A stretch of DNA of 64,000 nt from Octopus bimaculoides (GCF_001194135.2 NC_068984.1:66041601-66105600), one strand, 5' to 3'. Counted from the stretch's first letter, positions 1 through 13,610 are shown. Translations and numbers: made by a program. The notes: a model not told the origin generated them from the letters alone.

Positions 1-1162
1 AAGAAAGAAAAGATGTGCATACGTGCATAACCAAAACCCCATGATTTGAATATATATATATATATACATATATATATGACATACAGAAAATAGCACAGAA
101 AAAAATTCTGGTAGATATTACGAAGGGCCCTTTCAATGCAATAGAAAGCTCAAAACAAAACACTGCACATATCTACAGTGCACAAAACTGCACTCAATTG
201 TGTTGTGAAAACATTTAATAAAAATAAGACTATTGAAAAGTAATAATCGTAGTAACAACAATAGTAATAATAATATCATCATCAACAGACGATTCTGTGA
301 CAAGTATAGATATTCAAGTGAATGAAAATGTGACCTACTTTCATTTCAGAACGTTGATGCAGCAGAATATTGATATGCTTGAACCCTTATCAGATAAGAT
401 GCATTATTAGCTAGTATAACACAAAGAGACAACTTTTAAGTATTTCACTTGCATATTGAGTCATTTAGCTGCAATAATGCCCATTAGACCTGTTGCAATA
501 TGCAATTTAATTGAACCATTTCTCTATCTTATTTATGATTTCTATAGAAATCTCATCAACATTAACTTCCTATGAGTACCCTCCCTTTTAAATCTCATAT
601 ATATATAAAATTGCTTCTAAAATCAAATAGAAAACTTTTTTTTCAAAAAATTTCTACTGATAAAATATGCAAGCAGAAAAAGCATTGAAACAGTATTTCC
701 TAAAATAGCACCAATATTACCAAATCATACAAACATTATCTATTTGATATTCTACTGAAAAAAAGAAGATACTACAATAAAGAAACGATGAATATGACAC
801 ATTTTTAGGATGCAGTACTATCTTTCGCAAAAGAGAATTATGAATAAAAAACAAACTTATAAAAAGTTCAGAAACATTTAAGCTTTCCCTAAGAGATGAT
901 GTTTTATTGAAACTAATTTTATTTATTTAGTTATTATTATCAATATTATTATTATTATTATTATTATCATCATCATCGTCCTCATCATAGTAGTCTTTAC
1001 ATTTTGAAAACAAAACCATAAATTTACAATGGATTACACTGAAACACAAAATTTATAAGTATAGTAAGACACACAACCTGTAAACAAAGAATAGATTTAA
1101 CTTTCTCTTTCTGTCCTGACATATGTATATGGGTGTGTGTATGTGTGTGCATAATATAAATT

Positions 1163-1193
<31 letters not shown>

Positions 1194-1892
1194 CCTCACA
1201 GACACACACATATATATCTGTGTTGGTATGTGTGTGTGTGTGCACATATATGTAAGTCTGCTTTAAATCATTTTCTTTAAACCATCACAGAAATAATGTA
1301 GCTCCTATGAATATAGAATATTTTATGGTAAAACGTATCTTCATGCTAGTTTTGTGTTGTTTATATCTAGCTTTTCTTTTCCACAGTCTTCTCTTTTTAA
1401 CTTAAAACGAAAGAAAAAAGTGAATAATTTTAAAATTTCTGTCATTCAATGTATGTAAGATGTCATTACAACTGAAGTGAGAGCACCCATGTAAGTTTGA
1501 AATATTTGTATATTTTGTGTATCTTGTTTTTTAAAATAAAATGATAGCAAACAATACACTGCCTTACTTGTCTATTTTTATATAAAACTAAATAACTGCA
1601 CATAAAAGTAGTAAAATAATGGAGTATTCTAAGATAATTTAAGAGCTAAGTCAGCTGAAGTCATTGTGATATATTTGCTCTCAAATGCATTTTTACATTC
1701 TCACATGAAGTTTAGATTCCACCATAGACAGTCAATTGGCAGAGCTGTTAGTGCATGAAATAGAATGGTATTTGTTTCAATACTCTGTGCTCTAAGTTCA
1801 AATTCAACTAAAATCAACTTTGCCTTCAATAACTTCAGGTTTCATAAATAAAATACCACTCCAATACTAGTATTCTATACATCAAATATCAA

Positions 1893-1940
1893 TCAGTCTT
1901 CCATTCCTCCAGCAGTCACAACCAGATGTTCTTCTTCATC
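1893..1940 (-). CDS. Putative terminal coding exon of minus-strand exon chain 2 (DEEEHLVVTAGGMED*)
   Basis: Acceptor cattttactctcactccaag|GAT; only the phase-0 frame is open to TGA (1893-1895); phase matches exon 8332-8369. 3'UTR would extend toward position 1. Confidence 0.45.
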   Translation of the reverse strand, partial: DEEEHLVVTAGGMED

Positions 1941-2131
1941 CTTGGAGTGAGAGTAAAATGAGTGTATGTGTCTGCTAGTAAATACATGGGTACCTTAAAC
2001 CATTAGTAGAAATGATACATGTTGATACAAAAATCATCTTCAATAGCAAATGACAGCCATAGTTATATAAATTTTATAGATATGTATCTATGTGTGTATA
2101 TATATTCTGCATATATATATATATATATATA

Positions 2132-2362
2132 NNNNNNNNNNNNNNNNNNNNNNNNNNNNNNNNNNNNNNNNNNNNNNNNNNNNNNNNNNNNNNNNNNNNN
2201 NNNNNNNNNNNNNNNNNNNNNNNNNNNNNNNNNNNNNNNNNNNNNNNNNNNNNNNNNNNNNNNNNNNNNNNNNNNNNNNNNNNNNNNNNNNNNNNNNNNN
2301 NNNNNNNNNNNNNNNNNNNNNNNNNNNNNNNNNNNNNNNNNNNNNNNNNNNNNNNNNNNNNN
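2132..2362. other. Assembly gap (N-run) inside a (TA)n microsatellite
   Basis: Run of N flanked by TA repeats. Confidence 0.99.
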
Positions 2363-4944
2363 TATATATATATATGTATGTATGTATGTATTGGAAATAT
2401 ATATATCAGGAAATTTAAAATCATAAATTTTAGTCAGTATATGCACATGTATGTGGGTGTTTATTGCATACATCCAATATTTGTATTGCACACACACACA
2501 AACGTGTGTGTGTATGTGTGTGAGGAGAAAGAGGGGGAGGAATGAGAAAGTTGTGTGTGTGTGTGTGTCTGTGCAATTCCCAGACTGATACAAATGGATA
2601 CACCAAGCACCTCTTTTATTTATTATAACGAGGTGAATATAGAAATGGAAATTTATATAGAATGTTTGAATACATTTTTTTTTGTTTTAATTATTTCATA
2701 TTTGAGCAACAAGAATTATCTTTCCTTCTATCTATAATTTTATGGGTAGAAATGCTGTGTAGAATGAAAGGAGCAATAAAATCTTCACTTAAGTAAAGGC
2801 CCATATTTTTGTTTAAATGGCTGATATAAAATTGTCTTATGGGTTTAATAATAAATAATTTTATTGCTGTTTTCCATTAATGCAAAGGAATCCTTTCATT
2901 TGAAATTAGCTCCATTCATTAAAATATGGCTATATAACATTTAATTTTGGTAAATAGAATTAACATATATTGATACTAATTTCTAAAAGACAAATCAAAT
3001 TGCATATCAACATGAGTAGCATGTATTTGCAACTACTTTTCTAAGTACATGGAATTGATGTGTTTATATATTTATGTTCTATGATTCCTCATATAGATAA
3101 ATGTACAACTAAAGTATTAAACACACATATAGACACAGATACATATACACAAACATATTTCAGCTAACAGAAAAGAAACATCTTCAGATATCCTGTGTAA
3201 TCATAATTTATAATTTAATGAAGTTAAAAGTTAGCTGTTTTCCTTTCAGAAGGAAAAAAAATGTAGTTTTATGAAGATAATTTATGTTGATAAACAATAG
3301 ATATATAATCCACAGCCAACAGAATCACCAGTGTATCTAACTCATTCAGGAGAGAAACATATACAGATATAAAATGTGTTTTCGTAGACATGTGAGCAAA
3401 CATTATTCTACATTTAAAATAGTTTATGAAATAGTAAAAATTATTTATTTAAATTAAGAGGAAAAAGAATGGTTAATTAATTAGTACCACACACAAATTT
3501 ATTTCATATATAATGTATATATATTACCATTAATTAGAAACAATTTCAAAGAATTAATGACAACATTCCCAGTAAACAAACAGCCAAACAGCTTTTTGCC
3601 TCTTACAACACATATTTCAAATTGAATTTTATTTTTTGATCAAAACCAGAATGAAACAATCTACAATGATACCACAAAAAGCTTTCCACCTCTTAGAAAG
3701 AAATTCAATGACCATCTAAATATACCAAAGCTTGAATTTATTTTATATTAATTTCAAATAGTGAGGAGGTAAATGGAAATTCATACTACCTAACTTTGAA
3801 AGTTGTATCCCTGCTAAATAATATGTGTAATTAGATTTGTATTCTATTTATCTAAATAAATCTATATATATATAAGATGTGCAAAACTAAATAAGATAGT
3901 CAATAATCCAAGTTTACTTAAGCATGCCAACACTCATTCTTTGTCAAATCAATAATTGAACTTTTATCATGTGTTACTCACAGAGTACATTTGTGACTGA
4001 GAAGTCAATAAATTCATGCATTATCTAATGATTTATACTTTTATCTCAAGTCTTTTACACTGTCGGGTTAGCTTATCAAGAAAATGTTGTATACCAAACT
4101 TGCTTAAACAAAATAACTTAAAAAAGCTAATACAAAAGACAAACTCAATTCTGATGAGAAAAATTCTCCTATAAAAAAAAAAGTAAATAACATGACAATC
4201 AAAAAATACAAAGACAAAAATACAAATTGTAAATGTAAAGAGATGGCAAATATTTCCACAAAACTATTTTGCTATCTCTGAAATGTCAATAAAACAAAGG
4301 TAAACACTTACAACAGTATAGATAAGGTCTCACAATTCTATCTACAGTTCAAAAAATAGCTTATTGTAAAATCTTTGCATTCCATCAATCTCATATTGTT
4401 TAGTTTATGATGAATGAATATCATTTAATACTGTATGTCTGGTAATCATAAGGAAAAACATGATGCAATCAATAGCTATTTATATACATGTTCTCTTCAT
4501 CAACAAATTCAGTCATAGTTTAAATGAAATAAAAAGTCTTTCAAACTTTTTTACTCATGAAATCAAATTTAAAAGGCAAAAATGGTTCTCAAAATTTTAA
4601 ATCAACTCTTTTTCTTTGTAAATGTCTTTACAAAATATTGTAGCATATAAATGTATAGGCTAACTTCAGTTTTTAACATGTATAAACGTAAATCCGTATG
4701 CATAGACATAAATAATATTACATATTGTAGTTGGAGAGCAAGATGAGGAAGTTAATGACATTGTACAGAACTTTACATTCTAAAGCAACTGTAATTAGAT
4801 TGTACATTAAGAGAAAGAATGATGATAGAATTCTCTTCAGTCTGGATTCTTGTATAAGGAGTGGAAGGAGAATGCAGTAACAAAAACAATAACAAATAAA
4901 CAATAATAAACAGTAAACAAAATAATAATAAACGGTAACAAAAA

Positions 4945-5775
4945 GCTGTCACCGTATGCAGCAGAAGATATGGGTATAAATGCAGATGAAATGTTTGTTA
5001 AGGAAGAGTTTAACCAAAGAATTAAAGATAAGAGAAATGAAGATCTCCTGGAAATGAGAATGCATGGTTAATTTGAAGGAAATACACGGAATATCAAGAA
5101 TACAACAATATTATGGACATGGCTTAAGCAAGGCAATTTGAAGCATACCATTGAAAGCCTTAGAGTGGTAGCACAAGACCAAGTTTTTGCTATTAATTCG
5201 GTGAAGTTTAACATCTACAAAAATTTTGACACCCCAAATTGCAGACTCTGTGAAAATAATGTGGAAAGTGTAACCCACTTGGTAAGTGGATGTGAGGGCC
5301 TTGTGCAAAATGAATACAAATGCCACCATGATAAAGTCTCTTTGTGCCTTCATTGGCTTTTATGCTGTGAATAGCAATATGAAGTACCAGAGAAGTGGTA
5401 TGAGCATGTGCCTAATACAGTAATCCAAGCAGATGGGAAACAAACAATATTCTGGAATTATGATTTTCAGACTCACAATTAAGCACTGCCAGCCAGATAT
5501 TGTCATATTGTCAAATTGAAAGTGGAAATGGCAAAACTGAATGTGAGAGGGTAATGTAAAAATGATACCAGTTATGATCAGGGCATTAGGGTCAGTCCCA
5601 TTGAAACATCAAGGCTTCTTAAAGTAGATGGGAATACCATACAAGATTGGCACTGCACACATTTTAAGGAAAGTATTCATGGTTTCATGTCCTTGTTGTG
5701 ACTTGACAGATAACTAAATACTCCAGTGCATTTTCCATCCACACTGCATAACAAAGTAGTAGTAGTAGTAGTAGT
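4945..5775 (+). mobile_element. 5'-truncated R4/Dong-clade non-LTR retrotransposon 3' fragment, copy 1, degenerate
   Basis: Translates as MHG.F…WTWLKQGNLK…AQDQ…CRLC…ESVTHLVSGC…EYKCHHD…LHWLLC…KWYEHVP…FWNYDFQT: CCHC finger plus start of the REL endonuclease; stops and frameshifts; ends in (TAG)n. Confidence 0.85.
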
Positions 5776-7047
5776 AAGATTGCAAAGATAAAGGACTGTA
5801 CAAGCACTTGAAAACGAATGAAACTGAAAATAGGTGGGTAAAGAAAAGAATGCACAGACAATTTCATAGGGATGTTGAATATAACACGAACAGAGAAAAA
5901 AGATGGCTGTGGATGACTAAAAGTCACTTAAAACCAGAAGCGGAGCTCTAATCAGTGCTGCCCAAGAGAAAGCACTTGGAACAAACTACATAAAATACAG
6001 AATAGACAACACATCAGAAAGTGATAAGTGCAGAATTTGAGGACAAAATGGTAAAACCGTATGGCATATTACCAGTCAATGTGCACCACTAGCCCAGAAG
6101 GAATATAAGAGACACCACAACAATATAGCAAAGCTTGTCCATTGGACACTTTGCAACAAGTATGGACTTGACAGAGCAAAAAATTGGTATGACCACAAAC
6201 CTGAAGGCATTGTAGTAACGCTGTGAGCATGCGTAGTCTCACGCATGCATGGAATTCAACATCCAAGCTTTCCCGCTTTATTCTGTCTCTTTCTCGACTG
6301 GCCAGCAATTGAGCAAGGACGTGTCTAGCTGTCTCTCTCCATCTTTCGAACTCACACTAGACAGCTCACATCAACATACCAACGTCCCAACAACCATGTT
6401 CTCACACACAGAAGGCGCCTCAACAAACAAGATTAAAGCTGTATATTTTCCACCATGAATAAATATTGTTGAGTTGATAGTTTGGAGTTCTGCATACCGT
6501 TAATTCTAATTTAATATAGCAAAGTAGGTGTACATCTAATGATGTATAACCCACTTTCCTATAGCATCATCAAAACTGATAATGCAAAGATCCTGTGAGA
6601 TTTTATGATTCAGTGCAGCCATGAGATAGAGAATAGGAAGCCAGACATAGTCTTAATTGAGAAAGAAAGTAAACTATGCTGGATCATAGATATAGCATGC
6701 CCAGCTGACAACAAGGTATGCGATAAGAAAGAAAGAAAAGTTGATAGATATGATAGGTTAGCTTGGGAGATTAAGCAGTTGTGGTCAATGAAAAAGTGGT
6801 AGTGGTATCAATAATTGCCAGAGCCCCGAGAACAGTGAGTAAAAATCTCGAGAAGTACATGGAACAAATAGGGGCTGCAATAAGAGTGGAGCATTTGCAG
6901 AAAACTACTTGTAACTGCTTGAATACTTTGGAAGGTGCTCGAAAAATAAGAGGTGTTACCTTAGTTCATTGGTAGTGAACAGCTGACACCATAGTACATC
7001 TCCAGCGTTAGAAGCTGTGCAAAGGCAATAATAATAATGATAATAAT
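5776..7047 (+). mobile_element. R4/Dong-clade LINE 3' fragment, copy 2 (different subfamily), interrupted at 6211-6563
   Basis: KKRMH.QFH…WLWM…AAQEKAL…CRI…HITSQC…EYKRHH…WYDHKPEG[insert]IIKTDNAKIL*DF…RKPDIVLI…IIDIACP: PD-(D/E)xK REL motif; (TAA)n tail at about 7028-7047. Confidence 0.88.
6211..6563. mobile_element. Probable solo LTR (Gypsy-type, 4-bp TSD)
   Basis: 353-bp insert flanked by GCAT (6207-6210 and 6564-6567); removing it restores PEGIIKTD in the LINE ORF; ends are TGTAG…CTATA (one change from CTACA); AATAAA at 6458-6463. Confidence 0.7.
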
Positions 7048-7439
7048 TTCATCAGATTAGCCATAAAGGCTTTACAGAGGTAGAAGCAGTTGCAGGCTGG
7101 ACAAAACGCAAATGAGATGAATGGTAAGTAAAATAAATGATATTGATGAGGGAAGGCAGATGACGCCCGCCAAATACAAAATTATATTTTCCTATCAATC
7201 ACTATGCCAATCACTTTCATGCCAAGAGTTGAGACAATCCTGGCAATCATGAGAAATGACTTGAAATACTATTTCTTTCAGCCTATTCTGATGATTCGCA
7301 AGATTATCTCAACTCCTGGTATGAAACTGATTAGAAGAATAGGTCATAAAAGAATATAGTATTCTACATTATTAATAATTATATACCTACTCTATTAACC
7401 AATATATGAGTGCCTGTGTTTTCTAACACAGAGACATTT

Positions 7440-7665
7440 AAACAAATATATATATGTGCATGTATATATATACTTATACATATACAGATATATACATATC
7501 CACACACACATATATATACATACATATATGTATGCATATATATACATATATACATATATATATACACATATATATATACATGCATATATATACATGTGTG
7601 TGTGTGTGCATCTGTGTTTGTGTGTGTGTATATACACACACACACTTGCACATTCACACACACGT
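7440..7665. repeat. Compound (TA)/(CA)/(TG) microsatellite
   Basis: Directly visible; source of track ORFs 7379-7748. Confidence 0.95.
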
Positions 7666-7671
7666 GACCTT

Positions 7672-7890
7672 CTGATCATGGTCATGGAATCATCATGAAT
7701 CTGTGGATTTGATTCCTGGACCAAGCAGTGCATTATGTCCTTGAGCAAGGCTCACCATTTATATTTCACTGGTCAAACTATTTCTAACAGTTGTTCTTTA
7801 CCAACCAAAGTGAACTGAGATTTGTTCAGTAGGTTCAACAAACCACAATAAATTTAAACTTATCACCATAGTTACCAAAACCCAGACACA
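7672..7890 (+). mobile_element. Decayed tRNA-derived SINE
   Basis: GATTCCTGGACC…GTCCTTGAGCAAGG; related to 44340-44600. Confidence 0.55.
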
Positions 7891-8331
7891 TTTGCTCACC
7901 CACATATCTCCATTTAAGCTTTAGCTCATCAAAATTTCAAAAGATCTCTACCTTGAACTTTTTCATTAATACTAATGATTTGACTTTTCAAAGCAGTTAT
8001 TATTTCAACTATTTAAAAATTATTTTCAGTTTCTCTTGTACATAACTATATGCTGAATTAATTATAAGAAATAGATTGCTTTCTACTAGGAGCACTTAGA
8101 TTTTCATTTGACTGGAGTTTGGAATAGATATTAGTACTATATAAAGCTATATCTGAAGTTTTCTTTTAGTTACAGTAGCTTAGTATATATACAACTTTAA
8201 TGAATCATTCACAACAGACTTATCATTAAGAATTTATGAGGATTTAGAATAGAGTAGCATTTAATTTCTTCATTTGTACTTTCCTTTAATATAACAATAA
8301 ATTCTGAAACATGCATGTCTACAACACTTAC

Positions 8332-8369
8332 TTCATTCTTTCCTTCCTGGACTTCAGCAATAATATTGT
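8332..8369 (-). CDS. Putative internal exon, chain 2 (N-NIIAEVQEGKNE)
   Basis: Perfect donor GAA|GTAAGT. Acceptor tttatag|AC fits the phase of the upstream exon; an alternative acceptor ctaag|A would start at 8377. Confidence 0.5.
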
Positions 8370-9073
8370 CTATAAATCTTAGCATGCACACAAACATATG
8401 CACATACACATACATCCAATGGATAATAAATAACTAGACTGATGTGTGCGCATGTGTGTAATCTATTTCCTTAACTAAAGCATTTATCGGTCTGGATGCT
8501 AGGTAATCTATTAAAATATATTTCCTCTTAGATATTAAATGACAGGTCAAAAAGTGCAAAGGGGTGGCAGACAGAAACAAATTTTAAGAAAGCTGTAAAA
8601 GCAATCAGACCTACATTTCCTTTGTTTTAAGAGAGTGATTATTATTATAAAAATTGAGTTATCAATATTTATAGTTGCCTCATAAATATCAAGCTTTGTG
8701 TGGTTGTTAGCAATATACACACATCAATTTTATGGACAAAAACTTTAATGAACTAATGCATGCACATGGTCTTTAAAACAAGATATAGAAAAATAGTGAA
8801 AACTGCAACCGAATATTTTGTTGATCCTCCTGAGATACAACAATAGAATATATTTATTTATTCTTAACAGTATACAGAGATTCTATAATGAGGCAAAATT
8901 TGTTGGTACCACAGACACCTTCATGTGATTTACATATCATACAGAATCATAATAAATAAAATAAAGATAACATTGAGTGGCATGGAACTTGGCCAAAATA
9001 AAAAAATAAAGAATAATTCCAACTTAGAAACTATGTACCAAATTTATTTAGATTCTCAATCTTTCTAGCGTAA

Positions 9074-9265
9074 TCCTTTAGCATTTAGACCAACCATATA
9101 CAAACCAAATATTCTACCCACTTTATGTCACTCTTCTACCCTTCTATGTCACTCTATAAATAAAAATTCACATCATTGAAACTGTGAAGCTACAAGATAG
9201 TACATGTTTCAACCATATGCATAAATAAGTATCAGATTTAACAGAGTAACCTGAATGCTAAAGGA
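9074..9265. mobile_element. piggyBac-type MITE with atypical GTAA target duplication
   Basis: Perfect 12-bp TIR TCCTTTAGCATT / AATGCTAAAGGA; GTAA directly repeated on both sides; same family as 49498-49703. Confidence 0.75.
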
Positions 9266-11212
9266 GTAAACACTAACAAATTACAAACTACAAAATGTTT
9301 CCCATTTATGGACATCACACTAAAAAGCTTCACAATGAAACCAAGATGTTGGACAATTCAAGTAACATGTCCTACCATTAAATCATACTCGATACTTCTG
9401 AGAACATCAAAAATCAGATCATATATTTAAGATAGGCTTCTAATACTTAGCATAATTCATTAATTTCATCCTTTAAAAATGGTTTATGCTTAAGCATAGA
9501 AAATTTAATGCTTAAAAAAATACAGTATATGAAGCCTATTTAACTAATATCATAAATTTTAGGTTATATTCTGCTACAATTTTACTATTCTGAGTTACTA
9601 ATTTACAAAACACACAAACTTTTCACACTGGTGTTCAACTTTAGTTTTAAGCAATGACTATTTAAGAGCCACAGATTGTTTTGTTTTTGTTTTGTTTTGT
9701 TTTTTTTCCTCTGTGAAGTTGTCTCCAAGAATCAGAGAAAATCGTTCAGATTTTAAGTAAGATAGTTTTAATTAGCATTCACACACAGAAGTTAAGGCTT
9801 CTTCTTAAAATTATTTAGAATGTACATGGATATACATGGATCAAGAAACTGGTTATTTACTCTATATAATCTACAAAGATTTACAGTAAGAGAAAAACAT
9901 AATTCCTATCAACTGACTAGTCTAAAAGAAAACCAGAATTCAATCTATTACTTTTGATATAGGATTTACTTTTGGAATACAACATAAAATTTTCTAAAAA
10001 TGTTTTTACATAGTTGAATTTGAAATATAGAAATAAGAAAGAAGTTAAATGTTAAGAAAAAGTTAAATGCTTCAAAAGCACTCAGAAGATTTTTATCGTT
10101 TTTCGTTTTAGAAAATTGCAGATATATTTCTGAAAACCTAGTTTCGAGTCTTGTGTGTATATAAGCCATTAACGTTTTATCATATAACAATTTTTTTCCA
10201 ATTATGTGTTACTACATCATTAAAGTTTGCTTTTATACTTTTCAAAAGAAATTCAAATGTGTCAAAAACAACACATGTAGCTACACACAAGTATTCACAC
10301 ACACACAAAGAACACATAAAAAGTAAAATGAAAAAAACCATTTGCTGTAATTTTCAGGCATAGCCACATAGAAATTATGCAAAATACAAATATTTTGACT
10401 TAATATTTTGCTTTGTAACTATTTATTACAGAAGTGGTAGTATGACTAAAATAAGGCATAATGTGTCAATATTAATTTTCTACAAACAAAACTGTTGCAT
10501 GTTTGTTCATTTCAAATGAATAGAATTTAAACAACAATTACAGACATATTTTATTAATTTACCAAAATAGATGCTCATATGTTAATTTTCCATACACACA
10601 CACACACACACACACATATTTCAGATCAAATTTAAAATAAGCAGTATCATATTCGACAAAATAATAAGAGGATTAATCATGGTCTGCATTAGAAAAGAAA
10701 AATATTAAATAAATTAGCCAAAATTGATTAAATTAACAAACAATAGGAAGTAAATTCTAATATTTGAGTCAAGGCCACTTGTTAGAAGAATCTTTTATTA
10801 GAAGTCATTTTTCATCATGGTACAAAAACATTTGATTTGTGAACTTTTAGCATATTTATTTAAAGCCCTGCTTTACAATCCTAAATATTCTTGGCTGATC
10901 ACATGATATTTATCAGCCAAACATGAGAAAACATGTTTGATCAGCTAATAGGTATTTACAAATACATTATCTTGGTAAGGGGCCTATGTTATTTTCATTA
11001 ATAGCAAACTTTCCTTCTCATGTTTCTCTATACGCGGTATTAAGGTGTATGATTATATCTGGCAATTTTGTGTAACCCGTTCTTTATTTACCATAAATTT
11101 GAAAGGAAGTACAGCCCTAAAATTATGAATTGACAGAATTTGAAGAAGAAAATATAAAATCATTCACCATTAAACACTGCAAAATCACGTAAAACAGTGC
11201 AAACCCCATTAC

Positions 11213-11246
11213 TTGCCACATATTCATTTTCTTGGAGTTGTTTCAC
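11213..11246 (-). CDS. Putative internal exon, chain 2 (VKQLQENEYVA)
   Basis: Acceptor ctcctctatag|GTG, donor A|GTAATG; phase 0 start and phase 1 end link exons 12303-12357 and 8332-8369. Confidence 0.4.
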
Positions 11247-12302
11247 CTATAGAGGAGCTATAGATCAAATAAAATGTATAGTTAATGCAAGATGCAGATG
11301 AGGAAAAATCCTCAGCTTAAATAAGGACACTGCACAGATAATAATGTAGGGATCAATCTTAACTTATACTTCAAAATATATTGCACAACGTGTTTCTAAT
11401 TCTGTTTGATGTTTGAATTTACTTATGTTGTGTTTCATATAAGATAACATACATTTGATGAGCAGCTAATCATTTTGATAAATTCATCTCAATATGGTAA
11501 ATAACTAATTTTACTCATTGAAATAAAGTTCTTTATCAACAGAAACTAAGCTAATACAACAAACAGATATATTATTTTCCCATACTAATTCAATATTTTC
11601 TCTTTTATTGATATGTAACTACATGCTGGTTACATGCAAACATATCAGCCATTTCTTTCAACTGCAATTCACTATTTTGTCTAAGAAAAATTGGTGTTAG
11701 TGTATGAACTGAAACATATCATATTATATTATTTCAAATATATATATATCAGATATAACAGTACTAATTCCAGGTGAGGAGTTATAAATTTGATTTATAA
11801 CTTTCTACAGTGAATTATTATCTGAATAGTATATTCTTAGCAAATAATTAACTTCAGCTTTTAGATCTCTGCATATGTTATGATAAATTCTCTTATCATT
11901 AAGCACTCTATGGTTAGGTTATAATTCATGCCCTTTACTGCTAACAGGGATTCAACAGTTTACTTAATTTAACTACAGTATCATAAGAAAAACAACTGTC
12001 AATTTCAACAATATTTGGTACCATTTCTAATATTTAAATGCTTCTATAATTTAAACTCCTTCAAGTCTCAGGCATTGTGAATTATAGTGTTGATATCCTA
12101 TGTAATAAGGCTTGCAAGTTCAACTGTAGTCAATGGGTTTGCATATATATAAAAATATGCCAACAAAAGATGAGAAAAAGAACATACCAATTTATATGAA
12201 ACTGACATTATATACATATATATGAACAAATGGCAAAAGGAAAGGAAAAGACACTCAACACATTTAGTAGGCATTACATATATTTAACTCCAAGCAACTT
12301 AC

Positions 12303-12357
12303 GTGTTTTGCAGGCTTCTTACAGAAACCTAGCTCATTCAGACTCAGATGACCAAAT
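12303..12357 (-). CDS. Putative internal exon, chain 2 (R-FGHLSLNELGFCKKPAKH)
   Basis: Acceptor atattcag|A, perfect donor CAC|GTAAGT, 55 nt open; joined to the upstream exon it gives HIRFGHLS. Confidence 0.55.
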
Positions 12358-12364
12358 CTGAATA

Positions 12365-12423
12365 TGCACGCACGCACACACACACACGTGCACACACGCA
12401 CGCACACGCACACACACGCGCAC

Positions 12424-12454
<31 letters not shown>

Positions 12455-12455
12455 T
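12365..12455. repeat. (CA)/(CG) microsatellite abutting the acceptor of exon 12303-12357
   Basis: Directly visible. Confidence 0.95.
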
Positions 12456-13610
12456 ATAAAACATTACTACTCAATACATACTACTCAAACTTTACATGGG
12501 TCAAAAATATAATTAGTTAATGAGTGAATGATAGCATCAACAGTTTGAAGACATTTTTTTAAAGAGATAATTTGAGTTAGTAATTACAGCTTATTTTGAA
12601 AAGTTTCTTAAGTAGCATATAAAAAATTACATTTTATGCTGAATTTTATACTGATATGCTTAACCATATGCATCAAAGAAATCTAAACTATTCATTTTAT
12701 GATGCAAAAGGTTAATTAGATATTTTAATCTATTAATATTTTCATAAATGACTTGATACTCAGTTTATTTAGTATTCCACAAATTATTTTAAAACAAACA
12801 ATGCTTTGAAAACGTGTATATCTTTCTACCAATGTTTAAAAAGGTGAAATTTTTGTCAATTTTGCCATAAATTCTCACCACCTGCAAAATCTTTACCAAA
12901 AAATAATGATGTATATCCATCACAATTCTAGCATGCTTTTCGTTACTAATATACCACGCATCATAAATTGCAATAAAAGTTTGTAAAGAAATAACACCGA
13001 CAGCATTGCATCCAAAACTACTACCTGAGTTATCTATTCTATGTTGACTGATAAAGCAGCTATCTTGAATTCATGAGGATTTTCTGAAAACAAAACTATT
13101 AATCTTGACTCTATTAACTTGGCTGAAATTTGAACAGCAAAAAGAAGAATCAAACAATGCTTATATTCATAATTCGATAATGGGAAATGATTTAAGTTCA
13201 AAACAATGACCAGTTAATGATAAAAATGACTTGCGAGCCTGTTGGCATTGCTATTGTTTGCATGCCTTAAAGCAGGCATAAAAATATAAATGTGATGCTT
13301 TACTGTTTTTTAAAAAAATCTTTTATACAAAAGTCACAAAGGTGTTAATAATTCATTTATACTATTTTAAATTGACGGTAACTTAGCACCACATACAGTG
13401 TGCATATAAATATGAATATATATATAGATACAAGAAATATATGTACATTAGCAGTGAAGAGTCACATTGTGTGAATTAGAAATAAAAAAATGTTAATAAA
13501 ACAAATTTATTAAACTTTTAGACTGTCTGTGACTTTTGGGCCATCCTGTACTTATCAAATTTCCACCACAATTTTCAAGCTTTAGAAGTGTAACAATAGT
13601 TGTTGATTAA

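Noticed and set aside
1053-2593. Track ORFs rich in Y/I/H/T/C/V, including those spanning X runs
   Set aside because: Translations of (TA)n/(CA)n repeats and an N-gap; the same applies to ORFs at 7379-7748, 12264, 20281, 38659, 43138, 44191-44829, 48142 and 59569-59819.
11610-11680. Minus-strand exon-like segment QNSELQLKEMADMFA
   Set aside because: Good acceptor but only weak donors, and its start phase conflicts with the flanking exons.
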